In this document: piece after piece, positions 1 through 8,864 of the stretch
Layout of the letters: each line of letters starts with the position of its first letter
Position numbering within the stretch: the stretch's first letter is position 1
Source: a virus
Direction: 5' to 3' (one strand)
IMG/VR virus record: IMGVR_UViG_3300021599_001018
Coordinates: 1 to 64,000 of that record
Length of the DNA: 64,000 bases
Position numbers and translations under genes: made by a program
The notes under the pieces: generated by a model
Database searches by the model: none
Told to the model about the DNA's origin: nothing
The model's input: only the letters and a program-made list of their open reading frames with translations

Positions 1-92
1 TATAGAGAAGGGTATTCATTAACCAACTATAAAAATAATAAATCCTATATGAATAGGATATTTAGAAATAAATATATAATTTTTTTAGAAAA

Positions 93-281
93 CTAAATAA
101 ATTTATTATTTATTTTATTTTTTCTTTTAGCTTCTTCCGAAACTAATCGTTTTTGTACTGAGGGCTTTACATAAGTCTGCCTTCCTCTCAACTCTTCTAT
201 CTGTTTTACGTTTTGTACTTTCTTTTTATACGATTTCAAAGCACCCTCTATGTTGCCGTTCTTAATTTCTATAATCAGCAT
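93..281 (-). CDS. rpsU: Phage-encoded ribosomal protein bS21
   Basis: 62-aa basic protein; MLIIEIKNGNIEGALKSYKKK...ELRGRQTYVKPSVQKR matches the Bacteroidota-type bS21 pattern (IxxALKxYKxK, LRxR, Y/FxKPS). Confidence 0.92.
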   Translation of the reverse strand: MLIIEIKNGNIEGALKSYKKKVQNVKQIEELRGRQTYVKPSVQKRLVSEEAKRKNKINNKFI

Positions 282-284
282 AGT

Positions 285-818
285 TTATACTTTGAAATAG
301 ATTTCTTCGTAGTGTAATATATCTAATAGATTTGTTGGGTCAATTATTTGTGCAGCGTTTAATAGGTCAGAGTATTCTGCTACCGATTTGGTTTGTCCCT
401 GTCTTAATTCTTGTAGAAAATCAAATGTTGCCAAATCATGCTGGAATATTTTTTGAGAAGTTTCGTTGTATTTTTCAAATAGTCCAAACTCTAATGCATA
501 GGCTTTGTTTACAATATCAATAAGTCCAGCGAATTGAATGTTTAGCTTTACTGCTGGCATTGTTGGAGTTATGTTCCAATCTACCATATAGTTTTGTAGT
601 AATTCGGCGTGTGTTAATTCATTTACTGCTTCTTGTGCAAAAAATGCAGCTGCGTTATTATACCCAACACCTTTACAAAAGTTACTTGCGTTTCTGTAAA
701 AAAAGTGTGCGGTATATTCATCGTGTAACCTTTCGTTTAACAATGCTACAGTAGCACTGCCTAATATCTTAGGATTTATTGCTTTTGCCATTGTTAATGC
801 TTTAATGTTCGTTGCCAT
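285..818 (-). CDS. Ferritin-like di-iron protein
   Basis: LNERLHDEYTAHFFY...FFAQEAVNELTHAELL: ferritin helix A/B pattern with ExxH; 177 aa. Confidence 0.85.
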   Translation of the reverse strand: MATNIKALTMAKAINPKILGSATVALLNERLHDEYTAHFFYRNASNFCKGVGYNNAAAFFAQEAVNELTHAELLQNYMVDWNITPTMPAVKLNIQFAGLIDIVNKAYALEFGLFEKYNETSQKIFQHDLATFDFLQELRQGQTKSVAEYSDLLNAAQIIDPTNLLDILHYEEIYFKV

Positions 819-825
819 AACTTAT

Positions 826-1245
826 TTATTTTTTATTTTTTAATCCTAATCTTTCAAACATTTCCTGTTCGGTAATTTCTGCTATTTCAAAATATCTACC
901 GAGAACATGCCCCATATCTTCGTAAAGGGCTTCTAATCTTTGTTCTTGTGCATATGCTAAACCGGCCTCTTTATCAAACTTCTCTTGTAATTTCTTTAAC
1001 TCACCCATATTGCGTTTAACAGTAACTCTATCAAACCAATCACCGGCTTCACGTAAAGTATATTCTTGTGCGGCATCTGCTATTGCTCCAAGCGTTTCTG
1101 AAATCTTACGAATATCAGATTTTCTATTCATTTGCTCTCTGTGTTGTCCGTAAGTAGAAATGATTTCCAAAAAATGCTTTTTAATTTCAGTTGGCATTTT
1201 TTGAAATTCCTCACTCTCTTTTAATATATCTTTTAACTTTATCAT
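826..1245 (-). CDS. Conserved phage protein, head region
   Basis: 139-aa helical ORF, N-terminal MIKLKDILKE leader; tightly packed in operon. Confidence 0.6.
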   Translation of the reverse strand: MIKLKDILKESEEFQKMPTEIKKHFLEIISTYGQHREQMNRKSDIRKISETLGAIADAAQEYTLREAGDWFDRVTVKRNMGELKKLQEKFDKEAGLAYAQEQRLEALYEDMGHVLGRYFEIAEITEQEMFERLGLKNKK

Positions 1246-1249
1246 TTTA

Positions 1250-1759
1250 TTAAAATTCGGTATTATTTAATTTACTAATCATAGAGTTAATATCTTTACC
1301 CATTTTGAATGCCAAATCATATCCTTTACTACGCATTATATCTTTTCTATCCATCTTATCATTCATCTCTCCTCTAATATCATCTAAACATTTATAAGCC
1401 AATTTAAGTTGCTCAATCGCATCATCAAGTTTACTATCTATGTTTAACTTTTTATCACCAATAGCCTCACCCATCCAATCGTGGTCAGCGTTTCCAGTCT
1501 TTTTTCTGGTAACAACATCGTACTTTTTAAGTTTCTGAACGGTTTGTGTTAATTGACTTGGTGTTATACCCAATGAATCAATTACTCTTGCTATTACTGC
1601 CTGCTCTCTTTTCTTTGTAAGATTGTAAGATTTTATCGTACTAATAAGTCTTTCTAAAAATTTTTCAACTCTGGCTGGCAATGCAACTTCCATATCTTCT
1701 AGGGCTTCATTTACCTTCTTTTTATTTCCGTTTGGTATTAAGTTTATAAGTTTTGCCAT
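1250..1759 (-). CDS. Hypothetical protein, possible internal head protein
   Basis: 169-aa ORF in head operon, VNE motif near N-terminus. Confidence 0.55.
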   Translation of the reverse strand: MAKLINLIPNGNKKKVNEALEDMEVALPARVEKFLERLISTIKSYNLTKKREQAVIARVIDSLGITPSQLTQTVQKLKKYDVVTRKKTGNADHDWMGEAIGDKKLNIDSKLDDAIEQLKLAYKCLDDIRGEMNDKMDRKDIMRSKGYDLAFKMGKDINSMISKLNNTEF

Positions 1760-1766
1760 TTTATAT

Positions 1767-2357
1767 TTAGTTTAATTCGATTAGTATTTCTCTCATAAGG
1801 TCTTGTGCTTTACACCATTTTCCACATTCTTCTGCGATTTGCTGCCACTGTTTTGATTCATTTATTGGTGCCATAAATGCTCCATGCGTCGATGGGTTAG
1901 AAACAAAGTCCCAAGCAATAAGGTCAAAATCTTCCTGAACTATTACAGTCCCATCCGACATTTCTTTTACTGAACCTACGCCTCTACTGCTTATTCCAAG
2001 TCTTATATTATTTTTAAGTAATTCCCTTAATATATTTCCAGATGGAGTTGAAAGTATTTCTACTTTACCCATAACATCATCACCTTCCCACCAAATATCA
2101 ACTATATTATGTGATACATTTTTAAGATTAACAACAGGGGAGTCAGGATGGTCTAATTCACCCAAAGCCCTTCTTTCTCTAATTAGTTGTTCGTACTTCA
2201 TACATTCTCTTTTGAGAACATCTTTTGGATAACGTCTTTTATTTTGATTAGGAGCACCGCTTCTTTGTAGGATTCCCTGAACTATAAGAGTCCCATTAGA
2301 CTCTTCTTTAATTTTAGCCTCAAATAAATGTGTTTCTATAAGTAATGCTTTATTCAT
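1767..2357 (-). CDS. Prohead core protein protease (T4 gp21-like)
   Basis: NQNKRRYP, ALGELDHP, NVSH, GISSRGVGS, DFVSNPS motifs. Confidence 0.95.
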   Translation of the reverse strand: MNKALLIETHLFEAKIKEESNGTLIVQGILQRSGAPNQNKRRYPKDVLKRECMKYEQLIRERRALGELDHPDSPVVNLKNVSHNIVDIWWEGDDVMGKVEILSTPSGNILRELLKNNIRLGISSRGVGSVKEMSDGTVIVQEDFDLIAWDFVSNPSTHGAFMAPINESKQWQQIAEECGKWCKAQDLMREILIELN

Positions 2358-2737
2358 TATTTTACATCATTTTTTACTTTTGAAATAACCTGATTCATAG
2401 TAGATGAATCACTCCATGCTTTGAAAAATATATTTTTTAGTTCAGTTTCAATTTCTTTTTTATTACCATCTTTTCCAAGTTGTCTATCTATCGTTGATTG
2501 AACCATTTGCATTTTTACAATTTTACCTGCCGTAGTAGTATCAATTCCACGCTTTGGATCAACCATTTTAGATACATCAGAAATAAATGCCCTATTATTA
2601 GATAATTGTTCTAAAATAGATTCTAAATGTTTTTTATTTTCTGATTTTTGATTTACATATTTTGATATTTTTTCTACCAATGTTGCAAACCAATAAAATA
2701 TAATTTTACCCAATAAGATTGTAGCTATCGTTACCAA
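2357..2737 (-). CDS. Hypothetical protein with N-terminal hydrophobic helix; no ATG start (possible frameshift product)
   Basis: Frame open from 2767; only TTG start at 2737; see findings. Confidence 0.6.
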   Translation of the reverse strand: MVTIATILLGKIIFYWFATLVEKISKYVNQKSENKKHLESILEQLSNNRAFISDVSKMVDPKRGIDTTTAGKIVKMQMVQSTIDRQLGKDGNKKEIETELKNIFFKAWSDSSTMNQVISKVKNDVK

Positions 2738-2754
2738 AAGCCCGGTAATCTCAT

Positions 2755-2979
2755 TTAGAGTTTTTTTTTATCAGCGGATTCGTTATATCCTTTTAATCTA
2801 CCTTCGGTTTTTGCTTTATATGCTTTATCTACTGCGGTGAAGAATTTCTTTTTTTCTTCATCACTCATAGAGTTAATATCTTTTCCACTTTTATCAAGCA
2901 TTGCTTTGAATAGCTTTTGATAATCATTTTCTTCAGCAATTACCTCTTTAATCAATTCTATCAATTCACTTTTTTTCAT
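2755..2979 (-). CDS. Small head-region protein
   Basis: 74 aa; MKKSELIELIKEVIAE leader; ends in an A9 run. Confidence 0.65.
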   Translation of the reverse strand: MKKSELIELIKEVIAEENDYQKLFKAMLDKSGKDINSMSDEEKKKFFTAVDKAYKAKTEGRLKGYNESADKKKL

Positions 2980-3569
2980 TATTCGGATATTTTACGAATT
3001 TTTTGTTCAAGTTTTATTAGTCTCTCTTTTATAGTATATATATTCTTATTTGTGCGTTTCCAAAAATTTTCATTTGTAATTCCGTTTTCCTGCTTTAATC
3101 TACCATACCAATTAAGGAATTTTTCAATTTCAGCAAGCTGTTTATTTATACCGGAAATACCTTTATCTATTTTTAGTTTTGCAGGGGATTCTTCATTTCT
3201 AAGCTCTAACCAACGATTTTCATTTACTACACTATATCCGGTTAATGCTGCTTGCTTTTTACCCTTTTTCTTTTCGTTTGATTTTTTACCAAAAGCGTAT
3301 GGTGTTGCATATCCCTGAACATTGCCCGTAACATTCATTTCTTTTAAGAACTTTTCACGAACTATTTTACGGATTTGTTCTTTAATTCTTGCTATTTCAT
3401 CTTTTTTATCAGGCAATCCTTTGTGCTTTGTAGATGCGAAATCTTCGGTATCTCCTTTACTCATAGATGCTGCCGCTTTAGCAACTTCAGGAGATGCTGG
3501 TCCTTCGCCTTTGTGTGCGGCGTGAACCATTCCCATAAATCTTTGTTGTGCTTTTGATACTGCTGGCAT
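2979..3569 (-). CDS. Head-region protein with DUF3008-like N-terminus
   Basis: MPAVSKAQQRFMG...FASTKHKGLP resembles DUF3008; followed by LKE/VNE-delimited segments. Confidence 0.65.
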   Translation of the reverse strand: MPAVSKAQQRFMGMVHAAHKGEGPASPEVAKAAASMSKGDTEDFASTKHKGLPDKKDEIARIKEQIRKIVREKFLKEMNVTGNVQGYATPYAFGKKSNEKKKGKKQAALTGYSVVNENRWLELRNEESPAKLKIDKGISGINKQLAEIEKFLNWYGRLKQENGITNENFWKRTNKNIYTIKERLIKLEQKIRKISE

Positions 3570-3573
3570 ATTG

Positions 3574-4443
3574 TTATTTTACTTTACCTTTTAATTCTTT
3601 AAGTAATTCATAACTCATCATTAAAGCCGAAAGATGCTCTTCTTTGATTTTTTTAACAGACTTCATTTGTCTGATTTGTGCGATAGTTTCTGCTAATTTT
3701 ATTTTTGTAACTTTATCGGATATTTTTCCGCCAACCTCTTTAAGACCGGTTGTCAATTTTAAGATTTCACCAGAAACATATTCTTTTAATTTTCCGGTAT
3801 CATTGATATTGTTTATATATTCTCTTAAAAGTGATTTTTGTTCTGCAGTTAAGTTCTTATATTTGTTATTAAAACTCTCAATAAGTAGTTTGTATGATAT
3901 TGCTCTTAAGTCAGAATCTTGCTTTCTATATTCTTCTAATACTGCATCTTTGAATTTTTCCTCTTTATTTTGAATTGAGGAATTGATTATTGTTTCGGTA
4001 AGTGTGAAACGTGAATTAACAATATCTGTGGGTTCGTATTGTTCCTCCGATACCGTTACTTCAAAAATTTTATATATTGAAGCCAATAGTTTGTAATTGG
4101 AAACAGAAGATTTTATGAACTCATCTATATTGTAATTTTCTTTTATAGATTTGATTAGATTATATTTTTCTTTTGTAATTTTAGCCTCATCTAATCTTTT
4201 ACGGGCTTCGCATACTGTGTCTAAAAACTTTTCGGCTTTTGCTTCCGAATTGTATTTTTCATTTATTAAATACTGATATAATTTTAATTCTTTTGAGAGC
4301 TCTTTTTTAGAGTTAAAAAACTCCTTTAAGATTTTCTCTGCAACGGATTTATTTGAAGACATGATTTCGGATGTCACCTGTCTTACTAATAGTTCAAATA
4401 TAAACCCTGTATTTTTGAATTTAGAGTGCTTTATTTTTTTCAT
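3574..4443 (-). CDS. Conserved phage protein (IKHSKFKNTG family)
   Basis: ATG at 4443 (MKKIKHSK) preferred over TTG at 4461 because the promoter motif lies at 4464-4471. Confidence 0.75.
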   Translation of the reverse strand: MKKIKHSKFKNTGFIFELLVRQVTSEIMSSNKSVAEKILKEFFNSKKELSKELKLYQYLINEKYNSEAKAEKFLDTVCEARKRLDEAKITKEKYNLIKSIKENYNIDEFIKSSVSNYKLLASIYKIFEVTVSEEQYEPTDIVNSRFTLTETIINSSIQNKEEKFKDAVLEEYRKQDSDLRAISYKLLIESFNNKYKNLTAEQKSLLREYINNINDTGKLKEYVSGEILKLTTGLKEVGGKISDKVTKIKLAETIAQIRQMKSVKKIKEEHLSALMMSYELLKELKGKVK

Positions 4444-4555
4444 TAAACTGCAGTTTGTCAAATATAAATATATATTTCGCTAAGTTTACAATATCATAGT
4501 AATAAATATAGTTTTTTACTCCAATACAATGATTTTTTGTCAGATATTAGGGTAA

Positions 4556-4586
4556 TAAAATAAAAACCCAGCAATAATCTGGGTTT
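4556..4586 (-). terminator. Rho-independent terminator
   Basis: Stem AAACCCAG/CTGGGTTT with 7-nt loop and T-rich tail on the minus strand, after ORF 4609-4890. Confidence 0.75.
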
Positions 4587-4608
4587 ATTATTGAAATAAC
4601 TTACTATA

Positions 4609-4890
4609 TTATTCTACTGTTTTCTTTTTTGTTACTTTTTTTGTTGCTTTTGTTTTTGCAGTTTTCTTTTTTGTTGTTGCTTTCTTTTTAGCCTTTGGGG
4701 TTTCGGCAACAATATCCGGTGCTACTTCGGATTGATTTGCAGGAATTTCTAACACAGATATTTCTTCGGTAACAGTTATATCTGCCACACTTTGAATATC
4801 AACATTAGATTTTTCGGATTTTGGTTTCTTTGTTTTTAATACAACTACAACCGTAGTGATTGCGATTAAAATTAAAATTGCTAGTAACAT
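4609..4890 (-). CDS. Single-pass membrane protein with Lys/Thr-rich tail
   Basis: N-terminal TM helix; C-terminal KAKKKATTKKKTAKTKATKK. Confidence 0.7.
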   Translation of the reverse strand: MLLAILILIAITTVVVVLKTKKPKSEKSNVDIQSVADITVTEEISVLEIPANQSEVAPDIVAETPKAKKKATTKKKTAKTKATKKVTKKKTVE

Positions 4891-4952
4891 TTTTTAGTTT
4901 TTAGTTAAAAATAAAATTCAAATATAAATATAGGAAAATTACTTTTTATATA

Positions 4953-5363
4953 CTAATATAGATTTTGGTATACCATTCCCGATACTATCGCACCAATTAA
5001 ATATACCAATCGTTCTGTCCAAAATCCCCATTTAAGACCCGTTCTTTCTATAAAATCAATCAATGAATTTGTAGTTGTCGAAATGTAATCTATTTCTTTA
5101 TCTCTCAATAAATTTAGAATAACATCGTATAAAGTTGCTCTACTACTTGTATAAAAAATTGAATATGTAAGTATTTCAAAAAAGCCAGGAGTATAGTAAT
5201 AATCGGTGTATATTAAGGACAAACAAATACCAAATAAGATAGCCCCTATTGTAAAGGTGACTACCTTATTGATATTAGATACTTTTCCTAATGAAAGCGT
5301 TATTCTTATCCAATCTATAATTGCGGATATAATAACGGCTAGTATAGTATAAACGATAAACAT
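4953..5363 (-). CDS. Multi-pass membrane protein
   Basis: 136 aa with about 4 hydrophobic segments. Confidence 0.7.
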   Translation of the reverse strand: MFIVYTILAVIISAIIDWIRITLSLGKVSNINKVVTFTIGAILFGICLSLIYTDYYYTPGFFEILTYSIFYTSSRATLYDVILNLLRDKEIDYISTTTNSLIDFIERTGLKWGFWTERLVYLIGAIVSGMVYQNLY

Positions 5364-5364
5364 A

Positions 5365-5688
5365 TTATTTATCTAGTATAAACCATACATCATAATGGTC
5401 AGGCCAAAGTATAGCCCAAAAGAAAATACTACCAAGCAATACCCATACTAGTCCAAATTGGAACATTCCGGTTTTTAAGATAGGTACATTTTCATCGGAT
5501 TTTACCCATTCAGTAACACCCTTTGGTGCACCAGGTTTTTGTACTTGTACCATACTTCCCGATCTAGATGCTCTCCATCCGAAATAAAAGAAAATGAAAG
5601 CTGGTAGGTAACAGAATGCAAGTGCGATAAACATATCGTAACATTCCGCCAATGGAGCCAATGTCCATAGTAAATTAACTAATCCCAT
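5365..5688 (-). CDS. Membrane protein
   Basis: 107 aa, two TM segments flanking a polar loop. Confidence 0.65.
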   Translation of the reverse strand: MGLVNLLWTLAPLAECYDMFIALAFCYLPAFIFFYFGWRASRSGSMVQVQKPGAPKGVTEWVKSDENVPILKTGMFQFGLVWVLLGSIFFWAILWPDHYDVWFILDK

Positions 5689-5745
5689 AATTTTTGTTTT
5701 AGTAAAAAAATGTTGTTATAAAAATATATATTACCCAAATTCATT

Positions 5746-5988
5746 TTAGGCAAAGAAATATAATACTCCACCTAAAGCCGTAACTACCCAATCCCAAACA
5801 TCGAATTTTTCCTTTTGATAAAATTTGTCATAACACTCTTTTGCTAATCCTGCTAATGCGGCAGTTCCGAAACATATCCAACCTAAAACAGGTTGTTCAA
5901 ATAAGTTAAATCCAGCTGAGAGGATTGAGATAAGTAGTGATATTGCAAATCCTACTGTAAAGTGCATTGCTTTGTCTTGTGGTATCAT
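5746..5988 (-). CDS. Small membrane protein, VanZ/YfiM-like
   Basis: DKAMHF...GLAKECYD...FDVWDWVVTALGG pattern. Confidence 0.65.
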   Translation of the reverse strand: MIPQDKAMHFTVGFAISLLISILSAGFNLFEQPVLGWICFGTAALAGLAKECYDKFYQKEKFDVWDWVVTALGGVLYFFA

Positions 5989-5990
5989 AG

Positions 5991-7430
5991 CTATTGTTTT
6001 ATTATTTTGAATGATTTAATTCCATCTACATTTACTACATAAACGCCTGGCGGATATTTACTCAAATCTATTTTATTAACCGAGTGTAAACCGTTTATTG
6101 TTTTATATAATACTCCAGTTATAGTGAAAATTCTAACCTCTCTAAAATTATTACGATTTGGTAAATTAAGAAAATAAATACCCGTATTCATATCACCATA
6201 TATAGTGATAAGATTTATTTGTTCTCGTATGTTAGTTATCCATTCTGTCGGTTGAAAATCAAGAGGTGTCTGACCGTCAAAAACACCGGTTATATTGTAG
6301 CTCCCTAACATTCCGTAATTATAGATGTTAGGGTTCTCTGTGTTACTTACCACCAAATAATATATGCCAGGGTTTAGGATAGTGTCTATTAGTGCGTCTA
6401 CTTTTGTAAGAGAGTTATATTCTCTGATGAGCACATCATTACGATACAGTTGTAATTTAAGGTCTATGTTAGCACCCTGGTTAGGTGTGTTATCTTTAGG
6501 TTCAAAAGCATCAAAAAAGATTTTTGGGCCTGGACTATAAGGTTTTGCATCCGCTCTAAATTGCCCAGTTTTTGTATAATCAAATCGGTAATAGTCCACA
6601 TCATTAGTCGTATTGATTATTCCGTTTATTGCATAATTTTGGTCTAACATTAACCTTGATGTTGAGCGATCATTACCAACATCATCAGTTCTGTATTTTA
6701 CAAAGTTTGCGGTGCTCGCTATTATTGCTAAATCATCTTGAAAACGTGTGCAAGAAGTAGTTCTATCATTATGCCAAAGACTTAAATTTCTAAAATATGA
6801 AACACCCATGATAGGTGACCAACTTGTTTCACTTCTTGGCGTACCTCTTCCAGCATGATATTCTGTAACAAAAGCACAGCTATCTGTATCTACATTTCTA
6901 TATTGTGATTGATGAAAAAGACCTAATGTGTGTCCTACCTCATGCGTAACTGCTTCAGCAACATCTTTGTCATCACCTTTAAGCAGACTTGAAAAAACAA
7001 AACAGGGTATTGTGCCATAACCTAAACCGCCCCACCTCCAAGATTCAAGATAAGCTACTCCCCCCGCGTTGCCGTACCATTGCCAAGATTGCGTAATTAT
7101 GACCCTCGTTCTTCTTGTTATCGGGGTTGCTAAAAATACTGCGGAGTCAGTCGTTACATTGATTGTGAATGGGCGAAAGTCTTCAGCGACAAGATTAAAT
7201 ACTCTTGTCATTTGTGCAGTAGTCATGCTTGTGTCAGGCCCACAAACGAAAGGTTGATTATTTGTAAAAGCTGTCCAGTATGGATCTGTAACCGTTTGAC
7301 CGTCAAAATCGAGTAAGATGGTTGCTGTGTTAGGAGCAATGTAACTATTTAAGCCGTATGGTATCTGCGCCCTTATTCCTAAAAGAAAACATAAAAGCAT
7401 TATTAGTAAAAGTAGTAGTTTTCTTTTCAT
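5991..7430 (-). CDS. Secreted zinc metalloprotease (metzincin) with PPC-like domain and T9SS C-terminal sorting domain
   Basis: Sec signal ending A-Q; HEVGHTLGLFH; Met-turn PIMG; DVDYY PPC-like domain; C-terminus VRIFTITG...IDLSKYPPGVYVVNVDGIKSFKIIKQ. Confidence 0.85.
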   Translation of the reverse strand: MKRKLLLLLIMLLCFLLGIRAQIPYGLNSYIAPNTATILLDFDGQTVTDPYWTAFTNNQPFVCGPDTSMTTAQMTRVFNLVAEDFRPFTINVTTDSAVFLATPITRRTRVIITQSWQWYGNAGGVAYLESWRWGGLGYGTIPCFVFSSLLKGDDKDVAEAVTHEVGHTLGLFHQSQYRNVDTDSCAFVTEYHAGRGTPRSETSWSPIMGVSYFRNLSLWHNDRTTSCTRFQDDLAIIASTANFVKYRTDDVGNDRSTSRLMLDQNYAINGIINTTNDVDYYRFDYTKTGQFRADAKPYSPGPKIFFDAFEPKDNTPNQGANIDLKLQLYRNDVLIREYNSLTKVDALIDTILNPGIYYLVVSNTENPNIYNYGMLGSYNITGVFDGQTPLDFQPTEWITNIREQINLITIYGDMNTGIYFLNLPNRNNFREVRIFTITGVLYKTINGLHSVNKIDLSKYPPGVYVVNVDGIKSFKIIKQ

Positions 7431-7432
7431 AA

Positions 7433-7867
7433 TCAGTCAGGTATTAAGTCAGACATTTCTTTTTTATGCCATTGATTATTTTCTAATATAAGAACATCTT
7501 TATGATTTTTACTCATTAACACTGCTCTATAAATATGTTCACCTGTTTCTAATGTTACATCCGAATATATTAAGATTAGATTATCTATTTCAAGTGAATT
7601 AACCGTTATAGAAATCAATTTATTCGTCTTAATTATTCGTGTAACAATCCCTTCGAATTTTGTATAGTGTGTTATTCTTAAATTAACAATATCGTGTCTT
7701 TCAACATTGGATAGTTGTTCAACAAAAGTCGGTTGCAACTTTGATATAGCAGAATCTTTTATGAATAGATATGGTTTATCTTTATCCTTTTCTTTTCTTG
7801 TCTGAAACTCTTGTGCAAAAGAAAAAGATGATAAAAGAATAAATAAAATTGTTACTATTTTTTTCAT
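7433..7867 (-). CDS. Exported protein, unknown function
   Basis: Signal peptide MKKIVTILFILLSSFSFA-Q; beta-rich mature part. Confidence 0.7.
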   Translation of the reverse strand: MKKIVTILFILLSSFSFAQEFQTRKEKDKDKPYLFIKDSAISKLQPTFVEQLSNVERHDIVNLRITHYTKFEGIVTRIIKTNKLISITVNSLEIDNLILIYSDVTLETGEHIYRAVLMSKNHKDVLILENNQWHKKEMSDLIPD

Positions 7868-7878
7868 ATTTTTGGATT

Positions 7879-8853
7879 TTAATATCCTACTAATTGGCGT
7901 ATTACTAAGCTATCATTCTGAATGTTTGTACAACTAAAAGAAGTGGTCCCAATCCACCAATAACCTATTCTTGCATATGAATTACCCATGATAGGCGCTC
8001 TTGATGTTGATCCTGTGCCGAAACCAGAATTGTATTCAGTTAAAAATACACAAGCATCATTGTAAGATGATTGATGATAAAGGCCTAATGTATGTCCTAC
8101 TTCGTGTGAACTGGCTTCGAATATATTTTTCTGTTTATATCCAAGTGCTTTACTAAAAACAAAACATGGCACATCTAATCCCCATTTGATAGATTCCAAA
8201 TAAGCAACACCTCCTGCACAAGCAGTCGGTCCACAATAAAACTCAAAGTTTTCAGTTATTATCACTCGCTGTCTTCTTACAAGAGAAGCTGCATTGTAAA
8301 CACTTGAATCTGTTGTTACTGCTATTGATGCAAATTGACTAAAATCTTTTCTGACAGAATCTACGATGTTATTGATTTCAACCGTACTAAGGCCTGAAGG
8401 AGTTGCGTAAAAGGGCAACCCTCCGTTTTGAGAAGTCCAATACTGACTTGTAACATATTGGCCATCAAAATCTAAAAATATAACCCAATTCCCAAATGCT
8501 GGAGGTGGAGGAAAAGGCGTAGCGTCACATGCATCACCTATTCCATCTTTATCACTATCTAATTGATCTGGATTAAAAGTTACCGAGCAATTATCTTGTG
8601 AATCAATTATTCCGTCTTTATCAGTGTCTCTTGTTTTTCCGCCACTTCGCCTAAGAGCAACTTGTTGATCTTTAGGCGACATCCTGGCAACGGCATTAAA
8701 TTGGGTTATTCCAAAATCACAAGTTTCAGGAGACTTTTTCTTAAAGGAAATTTGTTTGGTTTCTTCTTTTGTTGGTTCTGTTTGTTTTTTACAGAAGGGT
8801 AATAATAAAATTACCACAGTTGCCCATAGTAAAGTTTTTGTTGTTTTATTCAT
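7879..8853 (-). CDS. Putative lipoprotein zinc metalloprotease with thrombospondin type-3 Ca-binding repeats
   Basis: Likely start MNKTTK (8853); hydrophobic stretch then C-KKQ; DTDKDGIIDSQDNC/DSDKDGIGDACD; HEVGHTLGLYH; PIMG. Paralogue of 5991-7430. Confidence 0.8.
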   Translation of the reverse strand: MNKTTKTLLWATVVILLLPFCKKQTEPTKEETKQISFKKKSPETCDFGITQFNAVARMSPKDQQVALRRSGGKTRDTDKDGIIDSQDNCSVTFNPDQLDSDKDGIGDACDATPFPPPPAFGNWVIFLDFDGQYVTSQYWTSQNGGLPFYATPSGLSTVEINNIVDSVRKDFSQFASIAVTTDSSVYNAASLVRRQRVIITENFEFYCGPTACAGGVAYLESIKWGLDVPCFVFSKALGYKQKNIFEASSHEVGHTLGLYHQSSYNDACVFLTEYNSGFGTGSTSRAPIMGNSYARIGYWWIGTTSFSCTNIQNDSLVIRQLVGY

Positions 8854-8864
8854 AATATATGGTT

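Noticed and set aside
2731-2754. ATG at 2754 as start of the 126-aa ORF
   Set aside because: It is out of frame and encodes only MRLPGFW.
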